The notes under the pieces: model-generated
The model's input: only the letters and a program-made list of their open reading frames with translations
What the model was told of the DNA's origin: nothing
Database searches by the model: none
Shown: piece by piece, positions 15,123-22,284 of the stretch
How positions within the stretch are numbered: position 1 is the first letter of the stretch
How the letters are laid out: the number at the start of each line of letters is the position of its first letter
Assembly: GCA_029269845.2 (NCBI GenBank)
Contig: CP149973.1
Location: 1,710,001 to 1,742,000 of the forward strand
Reading direction: 5' to 3'
Length of the DNA stretch: 32,000 nt
DNA from: Opitutia bacterium KCR 482
GTDB taxonomy: Bacteria > Verrucomicrobiota > Verrucomicrobiia > Opitutales > Intestinicryptomonadaceae
Translations under genes and position numbers: made by a program

Positions 15123-16607
15123 TTAAAATTCGTCGGAGTCTTCCAGTGCCCTTGCGGCGGCGGCGATGGCCGCGCGGCGTGCCGTGCCGATTTTACGGGC
15201 GCGTTTCGACGTTTCCGCGCGGGCAATTTGCGTATCGGCTTCGGTCTCGCGGATTTTCCTTGCGAGCTTTTCGGCATTGCGCAGAACGCCGCTGTTGTGC
15301 TCGCGCATTGCGGAGAGTTCAGCGGCCTTGGCGGGCATAAGAGGCGTGAGAACCGCGCGGGCTTCGTTGTTGCGCTTTGCGGCGGCTTCGGCGGCGCGTT
15401 TGATTGCGTCGGAATCGAGCATATTCACGCGGCGGACGCGCTCGCAGGCGCAGATGTGGCGGCCTTCGTAGGTGAGGTGGACGACGGAAAGGTCGTCGGC
15501 AAAGTAGCAGAGCATTTTCTTGCCCGTGTAAGCCTCGATGATTTCGTCCGACGGCGACTTGAATGTGAGGTTTTCCTGAATGCGCTCGCACTTGTGGATT
15601 TTGAGCGACTTTGCCGTAAACGTGCACCCGCCGTTTGTGATGGCGAACTTCCACACCTGTTTGAGCGCGAGCAGGTGGCAGTATTGGCGCGGGTCGGGCC
15701 GCCAGAAGTCGATTCCCTTTGCAAGGCGGTTCATTCTTTCGAGCGGGCTTTCGAGGCGTTCCCAGATTTCGATTTGCGAAAGCTCGTCGTCGCTTAATTG
15801 GTCGAGTTCCGCCTTTGTGTGGACGCGGTCGAACTTGTTCCTGCGCCATTCGGTGATTGTCTCGAAGCCCTGCAAATTGTGGTCGGTGCGCTTGCGGAGC
15901 GCGTCGAGGGCTTCGATAATCAGGTCGCAGATGTCCTCGAAGCGCGGGTGCGGCAGAAGCAGCTTGTCTACGATTTCCTCGCGCGAGCCCGCCTTGCGCA
16001 GAAGCTCCCTTGCGTAGAAAAGCGCGTATTTTGTCTGCGCGGGCATATTGTCGTAGCGGTTGCCGCTGCTGCCGTCGGAGAGCGCGAGCTGCTCCTGAAA
16101 CGGGCGGAAAAACACCTCAATCCAAGACTTGCACCACGGCTTTACGATGTGCGCGATGTCGCAACCCGTGGCGACGTCGAAGGCGAAGACCGCCAGCGGA
16201 TAGCCGAACTGGCGTTTGAGCCCCTTTTCGGCGATTGTGCAGATTTTGTCGATGCGCACGTCGTCGAAGGCTATCCACTCCATAAAGCGCAGTTGCGATT
16301 TGTCGCGGTGAACCATTGCGGGCGCGGACGAATGCGCCGCGAAAACGCCCTGCCGCGCACCGTCGAGCAGGTATCGGCTGCGGGGCTTTATGCGTTGCAG
16401 ATTGCCCAAGCTCCAGCCGTCGGGCAGTTCCCTGTCGCCGCCCATCAGCCCCGGAACGGGGCGGCCGGTGTTGCGCGCCCACTCGTATTTTGTGCCGTAT
16501 CCGCATATGCGCGGAATGCAGGTTGTGGACGCCGACTCCGCCAACGAAATGGGGCGCGGCGCGGATGGGCTTTGGGCGGCATTCAGGCGCAAAATCGGGC
16601 ACGGCAA
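15123..16607 (-). CDS. MuA-type DDE transposase, apparently truncated or internally deleted (start uncertain; Met55 at 16445 is possible)
   Basis: WIAFDDV...YPLAVFAFDVATG...KSWIEVFFRPF resembles the D...E parts of the Mu-type core. The C-terminal half (LLALKQVWKFAITNGGCTF...KKMLCYFADDLSVVHLTYEGRHICACERV) resembles the MuA domain III beta-barrel region. Confidence 0.75.
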   Translation of the reverse strand: MPCPILRLNAAQSPSAPRPISLAESASTTCIPRICGYGTKYEWARNTGRPVPGLMGGDRELPDGWSLGNLQRIKPRSRYLLDGARQGVFAAHSSAPAMVHRDKSQLRFMEWIAFDDVRIDKICTIAEKGLKRQFGYPLAVFAFDVATGCDIAHIVKPWCKSWIEVFFRPFQEQLALSDGSSGNRYDNMPAQTKYALFYARELLRKAGSREEIVDKLLLPHPRFEDICDLIIEALDALRKRTDHNLQGFETITEWRRNKFDRVHTKAELDQLSDDELSQIEIWERLESPLERMNRLAKGIDFWRPDPRQYCHLLALKQVWKFAITNGGCTFTAKSLKIHKCERIQENLTFKSPSDEIIEAYTGKKMLCYFADDLSVVHLTYEGRHICACERVRRVNMLDSDAIKRAAEAAAKRNNEARAVLTPLMPAKAAELSAMREHNSGVLRNAEKLARKIRETEADTQIARAETSKRARKIGTARRAAIAAAARALEDSDEF

Positions 16608-17457
16608 CCCGATACCGGTCTACCGCTCGCACCCCGATTCGGACAGCTTCCCCGACGCCCTCGACAAAACAACCTACGGCACGGTCGAGAAAGTCTACGC
16701 GGGCGAACGCGGCGTAATGGCGCGCATTGCGTGGGGCAACGATTTTCAGCACCTGCCCAAACATATGCTGTTTTCGCCGCGCTGGCGAATGAACCGCCAA
16801 ACCGACGGCACGTTCCGCCCCGTAGAGCTGATTTCGGTGGGGCTCACGCACAACCCGAACATCGGCGGAACGGACTTTGCAAATTCAACCAATTCAACCC
16901 AAACAAAAGGAAATACGATGCTCAAAAACATCCTGCAAGCCCTCGGCTTTACCGAGGAACAGGCGACTGCGGCGGAGACAAACGCCGAGGGCGCGCCCAC
17001 TGAGGAGTCGGTTCTGGAAAGAATCGGCAAACTCAAAGAAAAACCCGCAGAGGCTGAAAAACCCGCCGAAGCAAAGTCCGCGGAGGCGGCGATGGAAAAC
17101 GAAACGCTGCGCAAGGCACTTTCCGCCGAACGAGCCGCCCGCGCGAAAATGGTTGTAGACAACTGCGTAGCCGAGGGGCGCATGAGCCAAGCCGAAACCG
17201 CAACGGCGATTGAAATTCTCTCGAACGCGAAAGACTTCGACGCGGCGGCAACGCTGTTTACCTCACGCGCCGCCGTCTGGAAGCCGTCGTCGAAAACCGC
17301 AGACTTGGGCGCACGCAACACCGAGGAGGCCGCAAACGAAGCCGCCCAAGCCGCGCTCGCCGACAAGATAACCGCACGCGCACAGGAAATTTGCGCCAAC
17401 GAAAAAATCCCGTGGAGGCAGGCATACGCCCGCGCCGAATCGGAATGCAAACAATAA
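16507..17457 (+). CDS. Mu gpI-like prohead protease/scaffold protein (start uncertain: 16507, 16516 or 16549)
   Basis: PIPVYRSHPD...GTVEKVYAGERGVMARIAWGNDF......LFSPRWRM.......PVELISVGLTHNPNIGG follows the COG4388 pattern (lpIDyeH...G.i.el...dGLwa.v.Wt......y.SP.f......l.svaLTn.P). The C-terminal half is Ala/Glu-rich and coiled-coil-like. Confidence 0.8.
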   Translation: MRGMQVVDADSANEMGRGADGLWAAFRRKIGHGNPIPVYRSHPDSDSFPDALDKTTYGTVEKVYAGERGVMARIAWGNDFQHLPKHMLFSPRWRMNRQTDGTFRPVELISVGLTHNPNIGGTDFANSTNSTQTKGNTMLKNILQALGFTEEQATAAETNAEGAPTEESVLERIGKLKEKPAEAEKPAEAKSAEAAMENETLRKALSAERAARAKMVVDNCVAEGRMSQAETATAIEILSNAKDFDAAATLFTSRAAVWKPSSKTADLGARNTEEAANEAAQAALADKITARAQEICANEKIPWRQAYARAESECKQ

Positions 17458-17470
17458 CAGGAAAGCAAAA

Positions 17471-17881
17471 ATGGACAACATACAGACAAACACAAGACAG
17501 GGCATAGTCCGCCTCCCGAGCGCAGACCTTTCGGGCAAGAACGGGCTTCTGGCAAAACTGACTTCGACGGGGCTCGACCTTCCCGCCGCACTGACCGACG
17601 ACCCCCCCTACGTCGTCGTCGACGGCGGCGCGACGGAATCGTCCGTGAAGCCGCTAAACAGGGGCGAGCAGGTGCGCGTGTTCGTCAAGGGCGCGTGCGC
17701 GATGGGCGACTTGCTCTGCGCCGCCGATCCCTCGACCGCCGCCGACAAGGGCAAGCTCCGCAAGCTTCCCACGACTGCGGGAACGTATGCGGTGCTTGCA
17801 ATCGCCGAAGAAGCGGGCGTGGACGGACAGGCGGTTCTCGCGAGAGCCTACAACAAGTCCGTGACGGTGGCGTCTTCGTAA
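17471..17881 (+). CDS. DUF2190-like head decoration/accessory protein
   Basis: 136 aa, located between the protease/scaffold and capsid genes. G.QVRVFVKGACAMGDLLCA......GKL......GTYAVLAIAEEAGVDGQAV is typical of this small beta-rich family. Confidence 0.55.
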   Translation: MDNIQTNTRQGIVRLPSADLSGKNGLLAKLTSTGLDLPAALTDDPPYVVVDGGATESSVKPLNRGEQVRVFVKGACAMGDLLCAADPSTAADKGKLRKLPTTAGTYAVLAIAEEAGVDGQAVLARAYNKSVTVASS

Positions 17882-17904
17882 TTTGAAAAGGAAAGGAAAA
17901 TAAA

Positions 17905-18819
17905 ATGGCAAGACTATCAGACATAGCCGCGAGCGCGACAATCCGCAACTACGCGCAGGGCGCGGCCCAAAACATGGTCCAGAAGACAATCGGCAACTTC
18001 CTCGCCCCCGGCGTGGACGTTCCGACGATGACGGGCAAATACAAAATCTACACGGAAAAGAGCCGCTACCGCATTCCCGACGTGCGCCGCGCGCTTGGCG
18101 GAAGAGCCGTCCAGATCGGCTGGGACGCAAACGACGGCACATTCAACTGCACGCCGCGCGCGCTCGACTGCCCCGTCGACATCTACGAGGCGATGAGCGA
18201 GGAAACTCTCGAAAACGCCTACAAGGAAGCCGCCGACCTCGTCGCGGAAGTCGCCGCGCTCTCGCACGAAAACGAGGTCATCGCAAAGGCGGTCGAATCG
18301 CTGACAAGCACCGACATCACCCTCGGCGACAGCACAAACCTCATCAGCGACTTCGACGACGCAATCCTCGACATTATGAAGGCGAGCGGCTTCGGCGGTT
18401 CGCTGTGCATCAGAATGCTCTGGGGCGCAACCGCGTGGAAAAAGGCAAAGAACCACAAGAGCGTCATCGACAGACTCAGCGACACGCAGCTTAAAGTGCC
18501 GTCGTTCGAGACGTTCAAGAACCTGCTCATCGGGGAGCCCGAAAGCCGCTGCACATACGCCGTCAAGGACACCGCGCCCGAAGGCAAGGCAAAGGCTCTC
18601 GACTTCATCTTGGGCAACAAGGTTCTTGTGTTCGTCGCCAACGACAGCCCGACTCGCCGCGATCCGTCTTTCATGAAGACGTTCCGCCTTGCGGGTGAAT
18701 GGATGAAAAGCGGCACATATCAAAGCGACGATGGCCGTTCGGAAGTCGCAAAAATGGACTGGTCGCAGGACGTGCAGGTTGTAAACGGCGCGGCCGCAAA
18801 GCTCATCACCCTTAAATAA
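17905..18819 (+). CDS. major capsid protein (HK97-fold; Mu gpT / lambda gpE-like)
   Basis: 304 aa with a strong AAAGGAAAGGAAAA RBS. Its position after protease/scaffold and DUF2190, the segment FNCTPRALDCPVDIYE and its size all fit. A hairpin follows. Confidence 0.75.
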   Translation: MARLSDIAASATIRNYAQGAAQNMVQKTIGNFLAPGVDVPTMTGKYKIYTEKSRYRIPDVRRALGGRAVQIGWDANDGTFNCTPRALDCPVDIYEAMSEETLENAYKEAADLVAEVAALSHENEVIAKAVESLTSTDITLGDSTNLISDFDDAILDIMKASGFGGSLCIRMLWGATAWKKAKNHKSVIDRLSDTQLKVPSFETFKNLLIGEPESRCTYAVKDTAPEGKAKALDFILGNKVLVFVANDSPTRRDPSFMKTFRLAGEWMKSGTYQSDDGRSEVAKMDWSQDVQVVNGAAAKLITLK

Positions 18820-18828
18820 TCCGACATC

Positions 18829-18870
18829 GGCGGGCGCGGGGTTTTCCCGCTCCGCGTCCGCCTTTCTTCA
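18829..18870 (+). terminator. imperfect GC-rich hairpin plus T-rich tract after the capsid gene
   Basis: GGCGGGCGCGGGG-TTTT-CCCGCTCCGCGTCCGCC followed by TTTCTTCAATTTT. Confidence 0.4.
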
Positions 18871-18898
18871 ATTTTCAAAAACAGCAGTAAAAATTTCT

Positions 18899-19165
18899 AT
18901 GAATCCGGTTTTTCCATATTCGGGCGGCAAGCGGCGGCTTTTAAAATATATTCTGCCCGTGATTCCCGAGCACTCGACCTACATTGAGCCGTTTGCGGGC
19001 GGGCTTGCCGTGTTTCTCGCCAACCCGTCGGCCACGTTCGGCAGCAAGGAATCGCTCATAGGCGAGGTGTCGTTCAAGATGTTCGGCGACGAACTGGGCG
19101 AAAACAAGCTCTCCATCGCGACGATAGCCTCGGCGTTCGAGTTCGAAGAGGACGCGGGCGCGTAG
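18899..19165 (+). pseudogene. chimeric ORF: N-terminal ~43 aa of a Dam-type (D12 class) N6-adenine DNA methyltransferase fused to unrelated sequence
   Basis: MNPVFPYSGGKRRLLKYILPVIPEHSTYIEPFAGGLAVFL matches the K/YxGGK...EPFxGGGAVF N-terminus of Dam/MethyltransfD12 proteins. The remaining 45 aa lack the DPPY motif and all other methyltransferase motifs. Confidence 0.6.
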
Positions 19166-19192
19166 GATTTTCTTTTAACATTCAAACCGCCC

Positions 19193-19660
19193 ATGCATCT
19201 ACGAATAGGAAACACAACACTTGCCGACTCCGCCGACGGAACGACGCGCTGGGCGAGCTGCGCCACGCCGTCGCTGTCGTTTAACAACGATTCCGTCGGC
19301 GTTGTCGGCGGGCGGTTCTCGCGCAATTTCGGCCGCGCGTCGGGCATGTCGTTCGAGGTGTCGGTCAGCGTCGGCAGGCAGTTCAAGTCGTACGCGGAGG
19401 CGGAGACGTTTTCGCTGCGGCACATTGCAAAGCTTTCCGGCGGGCTGTCGGGCGTGCTCGACTACCGCAATATGCTCGGCGTGCGCTTCGGCTTCGAAAA
19501 CGCCGTGCTCGAAAGCGTGCGGGTCGCAAACGAAATCGGCGTGCATACCGAGTTCGAATACGTTTTCCGCTGCGGACGCAAGGCGGAATTTCCGTACGCA
19601 ATATCGGTCGGCGGAAGCGTGCTCTCGATTGGCGGGGCAATCCCGATTGTAAAGGAATAA
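19193..19660 (+). CDS. hypothetical phage structural protein (155 aa)
   Basis: The ORF sits in the late operon, and its stop lies 1 nt before the next ATG. I recognise no motif. Confidence 0.5.
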   Translation: MHLRIGNTTLADSADGTTRWASCATPSLSFNNDSVGVVGGRFSRNFGRASGMSFEVSVSVGRQFKSYAEAETFSLRHIAKLSGGLSGVLDYRNMLGVRFGFENAVLESVRVANEIGVHTEFEYVFRCGRKAEFPYAISVGGSVLSIGGAIPIVKE

Positions 19661-19661
19661 A

Positions 19662-21410
19662 ATGGAAATAGACAAAAAAGACATAAAGGAATTTGCGGAG
19701 TTCGAGGAAACCGTCCCGACCGCAACCCACAATTTGATAACCGACAAAGGCCGCTTCTCGGTGTCCGCGCTCTACAATGCGGTTGCGGACTATGTGCGCT
19801 CTCTCTTCGAAGATTCCGTCGCGACTGCCGCGGCGTCGGCGGAGAATGCGGCGGCATGCGCAACTTCGGCGGAAAACTCGAAGACTGCCGCCATTGACGC
19901 GCAGGCGGCGGCGGAGACTTCCGCGACCGTTGCGGCAAACGCGGAGTCGAACGCAGGCGCGGCGGCCGAGCTTGCCGAAACCTGCATGCAGGCGGCGGAA
20001 TCGGCGAAAACTGCCGCTCAAAACTCGGCGACCGCAGCAAGCGCGTCGGCGACATCTGCGGGCGGCTACGCTTCGAACGCTGCGGAGTCTGCGGCGGCGG
20101 CCTCCGCTCAGGCGGAAAGCGCGGCGGCTTCGGCAACTTCGGCGCAGTCGGCAAAGACCGCGGCGGAATCGGCAAAGACAGCCGCCCAGCTTGCCGCTGC
20201 AAGCGCGGCTTCTTCGGACGCGGGGCGTCTTGCGCTCGCAAAATCCGACAGCGGCACGTTGTACTTTTCGGGCGGCTCGGCGACGGCGACTCCCAACCTC
20301 GCTTTCGACACGCTCTCCGTGCTCTTCAAAACCGACTTCGACTTTTCCGTCGCCCGAACCGCAAACGTGCTTTTCCCGTTCCTTGTGGGCGCGATGTCAA
20401 CGGGCATATATCTGGCGGCGCAGTTCGGCGGCGACAACCGCTTGCGCGTAATGATGGGCGCAACGGCAATCGGCAGTTTTACGCGTTCCGACATCGCCGC
20501 TCTCGTCGGCGACGGATTCAATGCTCTTGCGTTCGTCTTCCAAAAGCTTTCCGACGGAAACGCGCAGGTTTCGCTTTTCGTCAACGGAGTTTCCGTACAA
20601 AACCGCGCAACCGCAACGGCGGCGTATCCCGCTCTTAACAACGCGCTCTCCGTCAACAAATGGGGTTCGTCGAGCACAAGCGCGGGCACGGTCGGCTACT
20701 CCGATTTCCGCGTTTTAAACTTCGACGTCTCCGCAACCGACGCCCCGTACTCGCTTTCCGACTATCAAAAGGGCAAGCGGCTTCCGCCGTTTTTAAGCGG
20801 CGGCGTCTACATTAAAAGCAATCCCGACGTGGTGGCGCAAGCGACGCCCTCGGCGGGCAACCTCGGACAGACAACGCAGGGCACGCTCGCAAAGTCCGAC
20901 GACGGCTACACGCTCACTCTCACCGAGGCGGCGACTCGACGCTTTTGGTTTAGACTCGACAAAAAGTATCCCGCAGGAACGTGGTTTAGAGTCCGCAGAG
21001 GTGCGCTCACTTGGGACGGCATGGAGACCACTGGCAACCGCATTTCGCAGACGACTCTCAACGTGGGTACATCGACGGTTGCGCCGTACACTACGCCCGT
21101 AAACGACCTGCCGACGAGCGAAGCGGCGGACGTAGTTTTCCAAACGCCCGTCGAGGCCGACATGGTTGGCTTCCCGACTTGGAACGGCGCGGACGTGCCG
21201 ACCGCCACGATTTCGATTCCGTACTTTGAGTTCGCGGTTATCGGCGCAACAACCGCCCTTGAAAACTACACATTCGACGGGAAAATCCGCGACGCTTCGG
21301 GCAACGAAAGCCACGCGACAATAAGCGGCTCTGTTGCGGGAGACATGGACAACTCGGTAAATCAAATATATTCGGCGTTCTCCGCAAAATACACTCAGGA
21401 GAACGCGTAA
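19662..21410 (+). CDS. tail fibre / receptor-binding protein with Ala/Ser-rich repeat stalk and LamG-like (concanavalin-type) region
   Basis: 582 aa. Residues ~55-200 are (S/T)A.(N/S)(A/S).(T/A)AA-type repeats (AAASAENAAACATSAENSKTAAIDAQAAAETSATVAANAESNAG...). Downstream, LSVLFKTDFDF...LRVMMG...ALAFVFQKLSDGNAQVSLFVNG is jelly-roll-like. Confidence 0.7.
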   Translation: MEIDKKDIKEFAEFEETVPTATHNLITDKGRFSVSALYNAVADYVRSLFEDSVATAAASAENAAACATSAENSKTAAIDAQAAAETSATVAANAESNAGAAAELAETCMQAAESAKTAAQNSATAASASATSAGGYASNAAESAAAASAQAESAAASATSAQSAKTAAESAKTAAQLAAASAASSDAGRLALAKSDSGTLYFSGGSATATPNLAFDTLSVLFKTDFDFSVARTANVLFPFLVGAMSTGIYLAAQFGGDNRLRVMMGATAIGSFTRSDIAALVGDGFNALAFVFQKLSDGNAQVSLFVNGVSVQNRATATAAYPALNNALSVNKWGSSSTSAGTVGYSDFRVLNFDVSATDAPYSLSDYQKGKRLPPFLSGGVYIKSNPDVVAQATPSAGNLGQTTQGTLAKSDDGYTLTLTEAATRRFWFRLDKKYPAGTWFRVRRGALTWDGMETTGNRISQTTLNVGTSTVAPYTTPVNDLPTSEAADVVFQTPVEADMVGFPTWNGADVPTATISIPYFEFAVIGATTALENYTFDGKIRDASGNESHATISGSVAGDMDNSVNQIYSAFSAKYTQENA

Positions 21411-21425
21411 TTCAAAAATTCACCT

Positions 21426-21704
21426 ATGAAAATCAACCTACAAACAAACATCAATGGGGCTTCGCAGACGGTCGAAGCCGAAATCAGGGGCGTGAACGTG
21501 TACATCGAAACCGCGTTCGGGCGCAGTGTAATTCAACTGAGGGAGAAGTCGGAGCTTGCGGCGATAGAGCCGTACGCCGAGACGATTCAGGCGATGGCGG
21601 ACGCTTATGCCGCCCTTAAAAATCCGCAGGCGGAAGACGCGGAAGCGGGCGACGAAAGCGAAGCGCAGGAAGCAGACGAAGCGGTGGGGGAGACGGAGCA
21701 GTAA
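21426..21704 (+). CDS. hypothetical phage protein (92 aa, acidic C-terminus)
   Basis: An ORF directly after the fibre gene. A fibre-assembly or chaperone role is only a positional guess. Confidence 0.5.
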   Translation: MKINLQTNINGASQTVEAEIRGVNVYIETAFGRSVIQLREKSELAAIEPYAETIQAMADAYAALKNPQAEDAEAGDESEAQEADEAVGETEQ

Positions 21705-21716
21705 TTTAAAACGAAA

Positions 21717-21870
21717 AACGAAGAATGAATTTCAGCGTTTATCATAGACGCTGAAAGAACAACACATTTGACGATAGGAGCTGTAATATTTCAACTCCTA
21801 ATTCCACAGCTCCTATCGTCGCGTAGGTTCTTTTGGCGTTATAAATGTACGCCAAAATTCATTCTTCGTT
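21717..21870. other. 154-nt AT-rich nested-palindrome element (four-way junction; candidate ncRNA, MITE or regulatory structure)
   Basis: Outer 16-bp stem AACGAAGAATGAATTT (21717-21732) pairs with AAATTCATTCTTCGTT (21855-21870). It encloses three hairpins: 21731-21755 (8 bp), 21770-21820 (15-bp perfect stem GACGATAGGAGCTGT/ACAGCTCCTATCGTC, 21-nt loop) and 21831-21857 (9 bp). Confidence 0.55.
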
Positions 21871-21888
21871 CAAAAAGGAATCACACCA

Positions 21889-22284
21889 ATGAACACACCA
21901 GACCAAAACAATCCCACCACCAACCCCTCCGCCCAAGATATGGCGACGTTTTTGGGCTACGAAGACGTGCCGCTTTCGCGCCCGATTGGCGACAGGAAAA
22001 CCGTCAAAGTAAAATGCCTGCCCGTGCGGGCGTTTGCCGAATACGCCGCGCTGTTCGCGCTCGAATCGGAGCTTGTGGAATTTGCCACAGACCTCACTCG
22101 CGAGGAAGTCGATATGCTGCTTCCCGACGATTCGGGCAGGATTTTCGAGAAAGTGCACGAGCTAAACTGCGTCCCTTTTACGGGTTGGTTGCAGAGGAAG
22201 GCGGCGGCAACCAAGCGTCAAGCCCAGATTCTTGGGGCGAGTCTTCCCGCGGCGGAAACGGAAAGCCCGACGACTGGCGAGTAG
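21889..22284 (+). CDS. tail assembly chaperone (gpG-like)
   Basis: 131-aa ORF immediately upstream of the tape measure gene. The -1 frame extends beyond its stop. Confidence 0.65.
   Translation: MNTPDQNNPTTNPSAQDMATFLGYEDVPLSRPIGDRKTVKVKCLPVRAFAEYAALFALESELVEFATDLTREEVDMLLPDDSGRIFEKVHELNCVPFTGWLQRKAAATKRQAQILGASLPAAETESPTTGE

Noticed and set aside
14664-17003. 377-aa and 401-aa plus-strand ORFs (14664-15797, 15798-17003)
   Set aside because: They are antisense to the MuB-like and MuA-like genes and have no motifs. Minus-strand coding is supported by family signatures and tight gene packing.
19824-20262. Ala/Ser-rich DNA repeats in the fibre gene considered as a diversity-generating retroelement target or hypervariable tandem repeat
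   Set aside because: There is no reverse transcriptase gene and no template-repeat copy anywhere in the window. The periodicity is at the protein level and imperfect, as in ordinary fibre shafts.
21717-21870. Cloverleaf-like element considered as a tRNA or tmRNA
   Set aside because: At 154 nt, with 8-16-bp arms, it has no GTTCRA T-loop, no D-loop GG and no CCA-compatible acceptor geometry. It is kept as an unclassified structured element instead.
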